Assembly (NCBI RefSeq): GCF_000328665.1
Contig: NC_019977.1
Location: forward strand, 1,240,001 to 1,304,000
Reading direction: 5' to 3'
DNA length: 64,000 nt
From: Methanomethylovorans hollandica DSM 15978
GTDB lineage: Archaea > Halobacteriota > Methanosarcinia > Methanosarcinales > Methanosarcinaceae
Part shown: positions 1-10,307 of the stretch, piece after piece
Layout of the letters: every line of letters starts with the position of its first letter
How positions within the stretch are numbered: position 1 is the first letter of the stretch
The notes under the pieces: generated by a model
Database searches by the model: none
Told to the model about the DNA's origin: nothing
What the model saw: only the letters and a program-made list of their open reading frames with translations
Position numbers and translations under genes: made by a program

Positions 1-106
1 CATTTCGGAGAGAAGAAATAACATTGTCCGCGTCGCTTGATGGGATACCCCATCCGTTCTTGTTCAAAACATCCAATGGAAAGGCAATGACCTCTAAAAT
101 TACCAT
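1..106 (-). CDS. 5' end of a hypothetical protein running off the window (MVILEVIAFPLDVLNKNGWGIPSSDADNVISSLRN...)
   Basis: Open frame from ATG at 106 to the window edge; TATA-like ctatatatag at ~133-142. Too short to assign a function. Confidence 0.4.
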   Translation of the reverse strand, partial: MVILEVIAFPLDVLNKNGWGIPSSDADNVISSLRN

Positions 107-566
107 CAGAAAATCTGGGATGTGTGGGCGGACTATATATAGTTTTGTGTCCGGTCTTGAAAAAAGAAGATATGTGTGTTCATTATTATACTATGAAAAA
201 AAATAACTATTGCCTTTTTTCAAACAGAATTCAATCCTTGTTTTAGTGGACCATGCCCTGAAAGTTTTCTTCGAAGATTTCTCTCTATAGCTTTTTGAAA
301 TCCTTTTCCGGGATGTGCACGATCATTCCCGGCTTATATTCCTCTACAATCCTTGACATTATGGATCAGACACTTTGATTAGGATACCTTTTGATATATC
401 AGTAGACACCACATATAAATAATTCTAAGTTATAGTCTACATCATGGACAAAAAACAAACAACCCGCCAGAATAATAAGGAAGTACCTGTTCTGGAAATA
501 AAGATTGGAAAGCATCTAAAGAACAGTATGCATGATAATGATGCACTGTTAAAAGAACTTGCAGAG

Positions 567-917
567 TTATAGCTCTGCTGTATTCCTTCTTATCCACTCG
601 TCTATTTCTTCCACTGACATTTTATACTCAGCCACTGTGATTAGCATTTTCTTAGTGGTATTTTTATCCGCGACAATTTTATATCCTCCATTTCTGAGGA
701 TAACATCGGCTAATGCAAATGCAGTTCTTTTGTTGCCATCAAAAAATGCGTGAGCCGTTGTGATGGTATGCAATGCTATGGTTGCATTTGCGAAAACAGT
801 TTTTAAGGGGCTTAATTTATACTGAATAAGGTGATCAATAGTGGCTTCAATCATTGTACCACGTGTGCCGCCATATTTCTCAATGAGAGTATCATGGAGC
901 GTAATGATATCTTTAGT
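567..917 (-). pseudogene. Fic/Doc (death-on-curing) family toxin, 5'-truncated
   Basis: Doc motif HAFFDGNKRTA. Doc-like sequence (TKDIITLHDTLIEKYGGTRG) continues upstream of the ATG at 854 to an in-frame TAG at 918-920 with no start codon. Confidence 0.7.
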
Positions 918-1001
918 CTATACTTATTTGTGCTTTGTAGAAATCCTCACTTTGGCAACAAGTGTGAACTTCATATACCTGCCAAGGTTACACAAAAGCC
1001 A

Positions 1002-1316
1002 TCAAATAAAATCAATACTTATGCTCCCTGCTTCTTTAGTAAGGGAATTCGACATGAAACCCGCTTCAATACAACAAACGTGCATAACTGCACAAGGCAC
1101 AAGGCATGTAGAAGTGCATCTCGCTTCCCTGGCTTTTCCCATAACAATGTTCTCTTTTATATCAAATAGATCCATCATTGGAACCTCCAGATGAGATATC
1201 TTTTTAATCTTCTCACAAGGTGTATCGATATCTACAATCACATTCTGCCCATCCATTCTTCCCTTAATGATGTGGGTGAACCCGCATATCCTGGAATTGA
1301 CTTTTGCTTCTGTCAT
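1002..1316 (-). CDS. Small Cys-containing conserved protein (DUF6951-like) downstream of ramA
   Basis: MTEAKVNSRICGF...PC...CTSTCLVPC; SD-like AGGAG before ATG 1316. Confidence 0.6.
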   Translation of the reverse strand: MTEAKVNSRICGFTHIIKGRMDGQNVIVDIDTPCEKIKKISHLEVPMMDLFDIKENIVMGKAREARCTSTCLVPCAVMHVCCIEAGFMSNSLTKEAGSISIDFI

Positions 1317-1361
1317 TGGACTACTCCTGTTGTTTATATATAAGTACCACAAATTAATAAT

Positions 1362-2981
1362 TTAAGTTGTAACCATTATTTCCTTGTAGGTAATAGCATG
1401 CACCGGACATACGCTTATACATCTCTTGCATGCTGTCCCTAGGCATTTTTGGGTACTGTACTTTGCAATGAAATCAGTACCCTTTTCTATATCTATGGCT
1501 TTCTCAGGACATTCTCTTTCACACATATGGCACATTATGCATCCCACTGCAACCTCTTCAAGAGTTGTTCCTATGTCCGTAACCACTTCTATCTGATTCC
1601 TACTGTTTTCATTTATGTCCAGTCTTACCCTTTTCTCAATAATTGGATTATTCAAGGATATCGGCAGTGGGGGCAGTTTATATGCCTTCAGAAACTTGTG
1701 GTACATGTCCATACTCATTCCTTCTGTCCAATATCCGAGCTCGCATGTATAGAACTTCTTAAAAGTATCACTTGTTGCCATCATAAGGTGATCAGCTTTT
1801 ATATGGCTTGCCAGTTCAATAACCGCATCAAGCTTTGCTTCATCAAGAAGTATGTCCCTTGCAAGAGCTAGTGACGTGTTTCCAAATTGCACCGTGCGTT
1901 TTGAGAAGTCAGGACACGACCCAATATTTCTTGCTTTTTTGGCGTCCACATAGGTACCTGAAGCACCGCTCATGTACACATTCTCAAGCTCTTCATATCC
2001 TATCCCCGATTCAACTATGAGAGTTAATTGGGCAGCCCTAATAGCACCTATAGCCTTCCCAGCCTCTTTGATATCCATCTCTGATAACTCTATATTCTCA
2101 CCAAGTATGAGCCGGCCGTATTTTAGTTTAGGAGGATTTGTTATGAGCCCAGTTTCAATGGCAAGAGAAAGTATAGAAATGAGGCCTGTCCCTGTGATTC
2201 CTGCAGGTATTATGCCACTTTTTTCACTTATATTTCCAGTGATAGGGTCAATGAGATGCCCCTTCACAGTTTCCATATTATTGTTGAGTACGCAGATTCT
2301 CCATAAGTTCCCCTCTAGGTTCACATCCGTGATCGCTCCCGGCCCTGCAAGCATTCCGCAATTTATGCCTTGTCCTTCTATTGCAGGCCCTGCTGCAGCA
2401 CTCCCGGTGATTATTCTATTCCCCACTTTAATGGCCATTTCAGCATTAGTTCCATAATCGGTTACAAGAGTGGGGTTTTCTTGTTTAAGAAAATCTGTCT
2501 CAATCATCATGGCAAGTGCATCTGCACCAATCTCATGTTCAATAGCAGGTGGTACAATGATATCACAGTTCTCAAGGATTAGAGTTTCCTTGAATATCTC
2601 CTTGGCAGGAAATATTCGTGCATCACGCTGTATGCTTTGTATGCCCAGCCTTTTCTGCATGTTCTTTCCTGCATAGGCAAGATCACGTATCTCGGAATTC
2701 TGAAAAAGTGAAAGTTGTATGGGATTGCCACAAACCGCTATCTTCCTTATCTGCGATGAGTCAACGTTGAACCTTTCTACCATTTTCCTGATAGCATCCA
2801 CAATAATTCTGTGTGCTACATCTTCACCTATGGATATAGCAAAGTCAAGATGATCAGTCACGTTACCTCCTGGCAATGGATGTTTCATTGTCATTGAAGT
2901 TTTGGCAACCTTTTTTGTTTCCAGGTCTATCAACTGTGCTCGAAAGCCGCTAGTTCCCAAGTCCAATGCGATACCGTACAT
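1362..2981 (-). CDS. ramA: RamA-family corrinoid protein reductive activase
   Basis: MYGIALDLGTSGFRAQL, DYGTNAEMA, GPAIEG (ASKHA ATPase) and two C-terminal ferredoxin-type Cys motifs (CIMCHMCERECP; CLGTACKRCISVCP). Confidence 0.93.
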   Translation of the reverse strand: MYGIALDLGTSGFRAQLIDLETKKVAKTSMTMKHPLPGGNVTDHLDFAISIGEDVAHRIIVDAIRKMVERFNVDSSQIRKIAVCGNPIQLSLFQNSEIRDLAYAGKNMQKRLGIQSIQRDARIFPAKEIFKETLILENCDIIVPPAIEHEIGADALAMMIETDFLKQENPTLVTDYGTNAEMAIKVGNRIITGSAAAGPAIEGQGINCGMLAGPGAITDVNLEGNLWRICVLNNNMETVKGHLIDPITGNISEKSGIIPAGITGTGLISILSLAIETGLITNPPKLKYGRLILGENIELSEMDIKEAGKAIGAIRAAQLTLIVESGIGYEELENVYMSGASGTYVDAKKARNIGSCPDFSKRTVQFGNTSLALARDILLDEAKLDAVIELASHIKADHLMMATSDTFKKFYTCELGYWTEGMSMDMYHKFLKAYKLPPLPISLNNPIIEKRVRLDINENSRNQIEVVTDIGTTLEEVAVGCIMCHMCERECPEKAIDIEKGTDFIAKYSTQKCLGTACKRCISVCPVHAITYKEIMVTT

Positions 2982-3067
2982 TTTATCCCTCTACCTTTCT
3001 GGTGAAAGTGAAAGGTTCTATGTAATTCACTTTTCAGCTCACCTGCAATCTATATTCTGTATTTTTT

Positions 3068-3113
3068 AATATATAACATAACTCAAGGTAATTTATTAAA
3101 GCAATTAATATTA
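3068..3113 (-). promoter_or_regulatory. ramA promoter/operator motif shared with the mts promoter
   Basis: 38/46 identical to 9935-9980; contains the minus-strand TATA box TTATATAT. Confidence 0.7.
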
Positions 3114-3225
3114 CTATACGTACTAATTTAATCACTCGCGTTAATCTTATTAATGGGTTTGACAGCATGATCAAAGACGAAAGCATTGGCTGTTTCGAGA
3201 AGAATGACTATACAACTGAATAGGT

Positions 3226-4227
3226 TTATAGTAAAAGTTGTGAGTAATACTCATCTCTTGCTTGAACAAATGCTCTTATGTTCCTAGTTGGTGTACGAGG
3301 TGCTATTCCACAACTAGGGGCAAGTACATCTATCCCTTCCTTCAAGCATTTAAAAACCTCTGACTTGACGTTATCAGGCGACCCGAAAAGTAATGTGCCA
3401 GATGTAGAGATATTTCCAATGAGTTTTACTCTGCTCCCAATTATAGATTTGGCATAATTAAGATCTTTTACTTTCTCTTCAACACTTATGCCATCAAAAC
3501 CACAAGCTGCAAGTGAACGAAGAATAGGGTTTGCATTTCCGCACATGTGGAGTACCTTTATACCTTTCACACTTCTGCAGAAACGCTGATACTCTGGAAC
3601 CATGATATTTTCAAAGATAGACGGACTAAGCAGATCCGGGCCTGCAACACCATCAGATATCACTATCACATCTGCACCTTGATCGGTGAGTGCATTAGCA
3701 TATTCAATGCATGCATCCGTGGTAATTCTAAGTAGTTCAATAAGCTTATCAATAGATTTCATGGTCCAAATTAGATAATTATCGACACCTGCAAGATGTG
3801 ATGCGACTGTAGCAGGTCCTTCCAGGCCTACAATTATAGGCAGATCATCCCCTACAGTTTCCTTTAGAAGAATTGTGGACTCCAGCACCACGGAGATCCT
3901 TCCTTTTTCTATGAGATTATCTGGTACTTTGATCGCATCTATATTCTTTGTAGCTGGATGGGATCTTATAGAGGGCTGTATATCACAAGTTCCCATGTTC
4001 ACTTCACATCCCATGGCTTGGGAAAGGATTGTGAGACAGTATGGTATCCTAACGGCCTCCAGCCCACCTGTACGATTGCCTTCGATTGCCAGTAAGGCCA
4101 TCTTTTCTGGATTTATATGTGCCTCGGGCCAGGAGGAGCCTGAGATATTCATAAGTTCCACAGTACCTGTCTGAGTAAAGGAAAGTGCAGGAACCCTTGA
4201 TACTGGCTTCTCTTTAAACACATACAT
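3226..4227 (-). CDS. MtaA/MtbA/CmuA-family methylcobamide:CoM methyltransferase (MT2, UroD fold)
   Basis: TQTGTVELM..SWPEAH, RIPYCLT, zinc ligands HMC and APSCG. The N-terminus may extend to a non-canonical start near 4254. Confidence 0.9.
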   Translation of the reverse strand: MYVFKEKPVSRVPALSFTQTGTVELMNISGSSWPEAHINPEKMALLAIEGNRTGGLEAVRIPYCLTILSQAMGCEVNMGTCDIQPSIRSHPATKNIDAIKVPDNLIEKGRISVVLESTILLKETVGDDLPIIVGLEGPATVASHLAGVDNYLIWTMKSIDKLIELLRITTDACIEYANALTDQGADVIVISDGVAGPDLLSPSIFENIMVPEYQRFCRSVKGIKVLHMCGNANPILRSLAACGFDGISVEEKVKDLNYAKSIIGSRVKLIGNISTSGTLLFGSPDNVKSEVFKCLKEGIDVLAPSCGIAPRTPTRNIRAFVQARDEYYSQLLL

Positions 4228-4292
4228 AAGATTTGTTCTTAGTGAGTTAGGTATGTGAGATCCCCCTATCGGTATCTTAAACCTTTCTTTTC

Positions 4293-5897
4293 CTACTTTC
4301 TAGGTATGATCTTGTCTATACGAAGAACGCTTATAGTGGCATCTGTAGCGGATATCACTGCTAATTTTTTAACGGCTGCCGAATCATATACAGGTGATGA
4401 TTTTCTCGTCATCTTACTTAAACAATCAACTTTGGCATCTACACCTATATTATAGTAGTTTTCCATCATAACCATAGTATCAATAACATTAAGACCCATA
4501 TTCTCTGCAAGTATTTTCGGAATCTCTTCAATGGCCTGTGCATATGCAATGACAGCAAGCTGCTCTTTTCCACTGATGGTAGAAGCATATTGTTTTAACA
4601 TCTGTGCAATCTGGAATTCAATCCATCCTGCACCTTTGACCACCATCCTGTCCTTTATCATGAAGGCAGCATTATTGAGAGCATCATCTATTGCCTCTTC
4701 AACTTTTTCAAGTCCATAAATAAAAGGCTCCCAAATGACGATGGTGGATATAGGCTGATTCTTTACTGAAACAAAAGCAAAGTATTCACCATTCTTTTTT
4801 TCTACTCGCACCTCATCGGCCATTCCAAGATCATGAGGCATGATCTCATCTTTTATTGATACAACGCTGGAACCTGTAGACCTTGCTATCTTTTCGAGGT
4901 CTTTCATCTTAAGTTTTTTGAAGAGCAGTATGTTCTTACGTGCAAGCATTTCTTCCACTGAAGGATCCACATCTCCTTCAGAGAACACCGCATTTGCTCC
5001 AGTAGATATGATTTTATTTGCAAATTCTCGAACATGCATTTTAAGCTCTTCTTCAAACAAATGGGAAGTCTCCCAAGTGTCCATGCGTATATTGTGCTGC
5101 GCATTCAGGATACTGCTTTTAAACTTTGTTTCGTAATTAAGCACCAGAACCTGTGCATTTGTCAGATGATAGGGCATGTCCTCCCTTGCTGGTTTTTCGT
5201 CGAGAATAACTCCTGTTAGTTTCAAAAATGAGGGGCCACCCACCTTTTTGAGTATTTTCACGTTTTCTTCCAAGTCAAGGCGTTCTTCAATTTTTGTACG
5301 TTCAAGATTCGTGATTATCTCCAGTACTGCATCGCCTATCTCCTTCGCCTTGGTATATTCTAAGCCTTTGCTTAAAGCAGCGTTTAAAACTACAGAAAGA
5401 GTGTCCTCCGGAGAGATCACCGGAAAACTCTCATACTCCAGGATCTCGTACGCTTTGTTAAGAGCCATTTGATATCCTTTTACAATTGAAGTTGGATGTA
5501 TTCCCTCTCGCATTAGTTTTACTGCTTTAATTATCATTGAAGTTGCAAGGATCATCGCAGTCTTTGTTCCATCTCCAGTTGCCTTGTCCATAGCTTTAGC
5601 AATTGATTTTAGCGAAGTCACAAACGGATGTAGCACATCCACTTCCTCAATGATAGTTTTCCCATCGCTTGTAAGGTAAATATCTCCTACATAATTGATG
5701 ATGACTTTATTGAGTCCCGATGGTCCGAATGAAGAACATAACAATTCTTTTATGTCAATAGATGTACTTTCCAAGTGGTCAATAAGTTCTTGCTCTTTCA
5801 CCTCACCGACTATACCTACCCTTCTACGTACACTTTCCCTAAGCGTAGCCATATTATCCAGTTCACTGCCGTAGGTTGAAGCAGTTGTAGTGTTCAT
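4293..5897 (-). CDS. Divergent group II chaperonin (thermosome/TCP-1 family)
   Basis: FGPSGLNK, TSDGKTI, TGDGTKT, EEIPKILAENMG, SVLRIDKI; start overlaps the upstream gene stop (ATGA at 5894-5897). Confidence 0.88.
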   Translation of the reverse strand: MNTTTASTYGSELDNMATLRESVRRRVGIVGEVKEQELIDHLESTSIDIKELLCSSFGPSGLNKVIINYVGDIYLTSDGKTIIEEVDVLHPFVTSLKSIAKAMDKATGDGTKTAMILATSMIIKAVKLMREGIHPTSIVKGYQMALNKAYEILEYESFPVISPEDTLSVVLNAALSKGLEYTKAKEIGDAVLEIITNLERTKIEERLDLEENVKILKKVGGPSFLKLTGVILDEKPAREDMPYHLTNAQVLVLNYETKFKSSILNAQHNIRMDTWETSHLFEEELKMHVREFANKIISTGANAVFSEGDVDPSVEEMLARKNILLFKKLKMKDLEKIARSTGSSVVSIKDEIMPHDLGMADEVRVEKKNGEYFAFVSVKNQPISTIVIWEPFIYGLEKVEEAIDDALNNAAFMIKDRMVVKGAGWIEFQIAQMLKQYASTISGKEQLAVIAYAQAIEEIPKILAENMGLNVIDTMVMMENYYNIGVDAKVDCLSKMTRKSSPVYDSAAVKKLAVISATDATISVLRIDKIIPRK

Positions 5898-7828
5898 ATG
5901 GACCTCCTTGGAGAGCCCACAGCTATTCCCAAGATTTTGGTTTCAATAGGTATCGCACCGATGCTTCCTATATCATTATGTTCAAGTTCAACTCTGACAT
6001 TATCCATACTTAATCCGTATCCTGCCATATAATCTGAAATAGAACTACTTACAAGGGCATTTCCCTTCTCAAGAGCTTCTTGATAGTCGTCGAATATGTA
6101 TCTTCCTTTATCCGAGAACAGTAGACACTGTAAACTACCGGGACCTGCCGGACGTATCAGAACCTCTTCTCTATATACTACATTGCCTACAAGAGCACCA
6201 ACAGCATTTCCAACTTCATGATATTTTGGAGCCCGTATATCTGCTTCAATAAGACCCTGCAGATCCTTCAGATATGCAGTTACAGGTGCGCCGACCATAA
6301 CCACAGGAGGTATTATCATGAATTTTGTCAATTCTGAACCATCCAGTATTTTTTCGACATCTTTTTTCTGCATCTTTCCAGTGCAATAGGAAATAAGATG
6401 AAGTGCAAAGTTCCTAGCTACTTCTTTTTTGACGTTTGTACAGAATTCGAAATCTACCATTGAACAATATTTTGAAAGAATCTGAGATCCCAACATTGAA
6501 GCGTCAGATTCCCACTGTTGATAATCACCAAGGACGTGCAGGGCATCGGTAGGAGTGAAACCCACCTGCTTTATGTATCTTTTCTGTATGAGTTTTCTCA
6601 GGATACCTTCGAACATGAGAGGATGTCTATTTGTTTTTGAGGCAATATCTGATATAGAGGAAGGCTCTTCTGTGATGGCATCAAGTATTTCCATTTCTTC
6701 TCCTTCTAGTTCAGAGGCATGCAAGCAGTGTGACTCTACCCCATTGCTCATGAAAAATGTTGTTGGCTGGATGATATCACTCATAATACGTGTCGAAATA
6801 TTCTGTACACTCTGTAACTTACTTATTATTGATGGGAATTCAGTAGCACAAAGGCATAAGGGTATGACCCTATTAGGCCCTATATACATTTTTTCTTGTA
6901 GCCATACATGACTGTCTCCCCCCATAGCGGAGGTATCCATTTTGATGGCTTTGACCATTGTTTCCCAGCCACCCACCACAGCACCGGAACTGCTGATGTC
7001 AGGCATACCCTTGTGAATCATAGAGATATCCGTACTAGTACCCCCCACATCTATAGTTAAACAGTCCTTGAGGCCGGATAGATGTGCTGCACCCAGCAGG
7101 CTTGCAGCAGGTCCTGAAAAAATGGACTCCACAGGTTTTTTCAATGCCTCTTCTATCCTTACCAGTGACCCATCACATTTCATCATCATTAAGATTGAAT
7201 TGATACTTTTGTCTTCCATTACAGATTGTACGGACCTTATAAATTGATCTATAACTGGAATAAGCTGAGCATTAAGAAGTGCAGTCAATGCCCTTTCATA
7301 GGCTCCCAGATTCATGGAAAGCTCATGACCGCAGACAACTGGGAGATTTGTTAAGTTCTGTATGGTCTCTTTGATTCTCAGCTCATGTTCCGGGTTACGG
7401 ACCCCAAAATACGATGATATAGCAAATGAAGAAACCTTATATTGATTCTTTATTACAAATTCCCTTACAATCTCCAACTTGTTCAGAGGTTCTACCTCAT
7501 TTCCATTGGCATCATGTCCACCGTCTATGGAAAGAACATAATCAGTGGGAAGTTTACGAGGTATGTTATAACCAATAAGTATGAGACCTGCAGGATATCC
7601 TTTTCCCTCAAGGGTTGTGTTGGTCGCAAGTGTAGTAGATACTGAAGTGAACTTCACGCACTCAAGATATTCAGCTTTAAGCCCATCAATTGAATTTCTT
7701 ATGCCCTGTATTAGGTCCGGATAAGTAGTAAGCGACTTGTTTGCATCTATTATAGATCCGTCTGCAAGGTCCATGATAACAGTATCTGTATATGTGCCAC
7801 CGGTGTCAATACCAAGTCCTAATTTCAT
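5894..7828 (-). CDS. Hydantoinase/oxoprolinase HyuA-like ASKHA ATPase
   Basis: GIDTGGTYTD, STTLATN, SGPAAS, DVGGTSTD, GGDS, FTPTDALHV; SD AGGTGA before ATG 7828/7831. Confidence 0.88.
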   Translation of the reverse strand: MKLGLGIDTGGTYTDTVIMDLADGSIIDANKSLTTYPDLIQGIRNSIDGLKAEYLECVKFTSVSTTLATNTTLEGKGYPAGLILIGYNIPRKLPTDYVLSIDGGHDANGNEVEPLNKLEIVREFVIKNQYKVSSFAISSYFGVRNPEHELRIKETIQNLTNLPVVCGHELSMNLGAYERALTALLNAQLIPVIDQFIRSVQSVMEDKSINSILMMMKCDGSLVRIEEALKKPVESIFSGPAASLLGAAHLSGLKDCLTIDVGGTSTDISMIHKGMPDISSSGAVVGGWETMVKAIKMDTSAMGGDSHVWLQEKMYIGPNRVIPLCLCATEFPSIISKLQSVQNISTRIMSDIIQPTTFFMSNGVESHCLHASELEGEEMEILDAITEEPSSISDIASKTNRHPLMFEGILRKLIQKRYIKQVGFTPTDALHVLGDYQQWESDASMLGSQILSKYCSMVDFEFCTNVKKEVARNFALHLISYCTGKMQKKDVEKILDGSELTKFMIIPPVVMVGAPVTAYLKDLQGLIEADIRAPKYHEVGNAVGALVGNVVYREEVLIRPAGPGSLQCLLFSDKGRYIFDDYQEALEKGNALVSSSISDYMAGYGLSMDNVRVELEHNDIGSIGAIPIETKILGIAVGSPRRSI

Positions 7829-7921
7829 CATTATCACCTGATTCAGAGGAGACGGGGTGTTTTTGCCACCCGCCATGGATATAGACTTTTATATGAATTT
7901 CACTCACATTATAAAAATAAA

Positions 7922-7952
7922 TAAGAAAAAGCAGGGGAAGTGAAAAACCTGC
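7922..7952 (-). terminator. Putative terminator after the mts gene
   Basis: Minus strand GCAGG...CCTGC stem followed by a T tract immediately after the stop codon. Confidence 0.45.
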
Positions 7953-9857
7953 TTATCCGAATATCTGCTTTTGGAGAACGGGACCAAGTTCCTTGACCGT
8001 GTCCACCATTGCTTTTACAGTTGTGAGGGGTCCTCCTGGTGGTATCTCACAGCCAGATGTCATGATATACTTGGACTGCATGCCGTTCTCCTTGAGTACA
8101 GGAAGCACGCCTTCAAGCAAATTCCGTGTGTCGTCCTTTATCTTCTGAACGCCTGCAGGAGAATTATCCATGAACTGTACTGGGTTGACTTCTCCCATCA
8201 TACAGCAGATGTCACCATATTTGGGAATAAGATCGGCATAGTTCTGCGATCCTTTAGCCCTCAGATTGGGGTAGTATGCGTAACTGAACAACTTTGTCCC
8301 GAATTTTTTGATCTGGGTGTCGTAGTGTACTGCATCAGCACAGCTGTGGATGGTGTAGGGCTGGTCGTATTTTTTGAACAACGGCAGATGCTGGTCATAT
8401 ATGAACTTTCCGTCGAACTTCCAGTAATCCTCCTCGCTCATGATCACGTTGTTGGACCATAGGTTATCGATACATAACGCATTGCAGGCATTTTCCTCAA
8501 AGAACAGCTCAGATACCTGACAGATATAGTCGGTACATTTTTGGACTGCCTCAAGCACTACCTCAGGATGCGTCTTCATGTCCATAAGAACGCGATCAGC
8601 TCCCATAAGCTGGGTAAGGGCAAGCAGAGGGCCTTCATGGAATCCCACAAAAGGTGTGTTCAGTTCCTTGTTGAGCTTCTCAGTGGCCATCTTGGAGGCC
8701 ATCACAAGCTCATAGGAACGAGTGCCTTTCTTGACATCTGGTACTTCGATCTGCTCGTAATCCTTCAGATGGCCTTCCGAAGAAGGAGTGTCGTCCTCAG
8801 GATACTTAATCTTACATCCAAAGTCGGCCGATGTAGCTGAAAGATCTATAAGTCCCACGAACATGTCTGTGTCCAGGTATTTGGATCCCAGATATGCACT
8901 GTCAACGAACGCCTTAGGATTTGTGGCATATTCCTTGTAACTGACGTTGGCAAATTTCCTCAATACACCACAGGCTAAAGGATATACCGGCAAACGATCG
9001 ACCTTCTTGTCTGCCATAGCTGCAAGTGTTCTATCCATATGGGTCATTGCTTCCTTTTTCTTGACACCGACTTTCTCGAAATCTGCAATGATCTGCCTTG
9101 CGGTCTCCAATCCTACGTCTGTCTTCCCCTTTACTTTCTTTTTAGCCAGGATCTCTCTATATTTTACCTTGCCCAGTGATATTTTCTCATCATTCCACCT
9201 TTGTTCTGCAGGGACAAGTTTCTGTACTGCACCTTTTGCCCAGTCAGTGGCTTTCATGGCGTCCAGATGCGTGGAATCTGCACCGATCTCTTTTGCGAAC
9301 TCCGGGGACACTGGTGCCCCACCCACCATAACTATCAGGGAGTCCCTGATGCCTTCTTCCTGCAATATCTCTATTACTTTTTCCATGTTCACCATGGTAG
9401 TAGTCATCAGAGCACTCATGGAAACAAGATCTGCTTTTTTCTCCTTGGCGGTCTGAACGAATTTCTCAATAGGTACATCGTGTCCGAGATCTATCATATC
9501 AAAACCTGATGCAGAGAGCATAGTCTTAACAAGATTCTTCCCAATGTCGTGGACATCTCCCTCAATAGTCCCTATAACTCCCACAGAACGCTTACCAGAG
9601 TCCTCAGATTTCATGTGGGGGGCAAGGATATCCATGCCAGCATACATGGCACCGGATGCAATAAGAAGATTTGGCACAAAGGCCTCGCCTTTTTCATACA
9701 TGTCACTGATTATTGTCATTCCTTTTGCGAGTCCATTCACAATAGCCTCGTAAGGATCTATGCCTTCTTTAAGAACTTTGTTTGCAAGTTCTTCTGCCAA
9801 TTCTTCGTCACCTTCTACTACAGCTTCCGCTAACTGGTTCATTATAGCTACTGTCAT
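7953..9857 (-). CDS. Corrinoid protein-methyltransferase fusion, MtsD/MtsF/MtsH type (methylated sulfur compounds)
   Basis: N-terminal B12-binding domain (EGDVHDIGKNLV, SALMTTT, VGGAP) fused to a UroD/MT2 domain (DRLPVYP, HSC, TSGCEIP); SD GGAGGT. Confidence 0.88.
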   Translation of the reverse strand: MTVAIMNQLAEAVVEGDEELAEELANKVLKEGIDPYEAIVNGLAKGMTIISDMYEKGEAFVPNLLIASGAMYAGMDILAPHMKSEDSGKRSVGVIGTIEGDVHDIGKNLVKTMLSASGFDMIDLGHDVPIEKFVQTAKEKKADLVSMSALMTTTMVNMEKVIEILQEEGIRDSLIVMVGGAPVSPEFAKEIGADSTHLDAMKATDWAKGAVQKLVPAEQRWNDEKISLGKVKYREILAKKKVKGKTDVGLETARQIIADFEKVGVKKKEAMTHMDRTLAAMADKKVDRLPVYPLACGVLRKFANVSYKEYATNPKAFVDSAYLGSKYLDTDMFVGLIDLSATSADFGCKIKYPEDDTPSSEGHLKDYEQIEVPDVKKGTRSYELVMASKMATEKLNKELNTPFVGFHEGPLLALTQLMGADRVLMDMKTHPEVVLEAVQKCTDYICQVSELFFEENACNALCIDNLWSNNVIMSEEDYWKFDGKFIYDQHLPLFKKYDQPYTIHSCADAVHYDTQIKKFGTKLFSYAYYPNLRAKGSQNYADLIPKYGDICCMMGEVNPVQFMDNSPAGVQKIKDDTRNLLEGVLPVLKENGMQSKYIMTSGCEIPPGGPLTTVKAMVDTVKELGPVLQKQIFG

Positions 9858-9934
9858 ACTATACCTCCAAAATCTTCCATCTAACAGTGAGGTATATATT
9901 TCTCACTGTTAACAAAAACAAATTAAGGCACGTG

Positions 9935-9980
9935 AATATATAACATAACCGCTGGTTATTAATTAAAGTAGTTAATATTA
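9935..9980 (-). promoter_or_regulatory. mts promoter/operator motif
   Basis: TATA box plus upstream AT-rich element repeated at 3068-3113; a 10-bp-stem hairpin (9882-9911) lies in the presumed 5' UTR. Confidence 0.7.
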
Positions 9981-10307
9981 TACATGTCTTGTCTCTTTAG
10001 ATGAGACTTAAATTCAATGAAATGGATCTTTTTTGTAAACACCGTTAACATAGCTAAAAGAATCATATATCATTAATGCCTCAAATAAAATTAATGGCTT
10101 TAATCTGATCAACAGTGAAATGCAGGCATCTGAAAGAGACAAAAAGTATTAATGGAATTATATTTAATCAGCCATGGTTTGTAACTTATGAATGCTAAAA
10201 TCGCATTCAATAGGCAGTAAAGCCAATACTATAAGTTTCAACCAAAAGGTTAATAACTATAATTATCAATAAAAATTCAGAAAGAGGTTCTCACATGTTT
10301 AAAAAAT

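Noticed and set aside
1..106. Viral head-maturation protein guess for the edge ORF
   Set aside because: Only 35 residues visible; the resemblance is too weak to support.
918..920. Pyrrolysine read-through of the TAG upstream of the Doc fragment
   Set aside because: A TAA lies two codons further upstream with no start codon in between.
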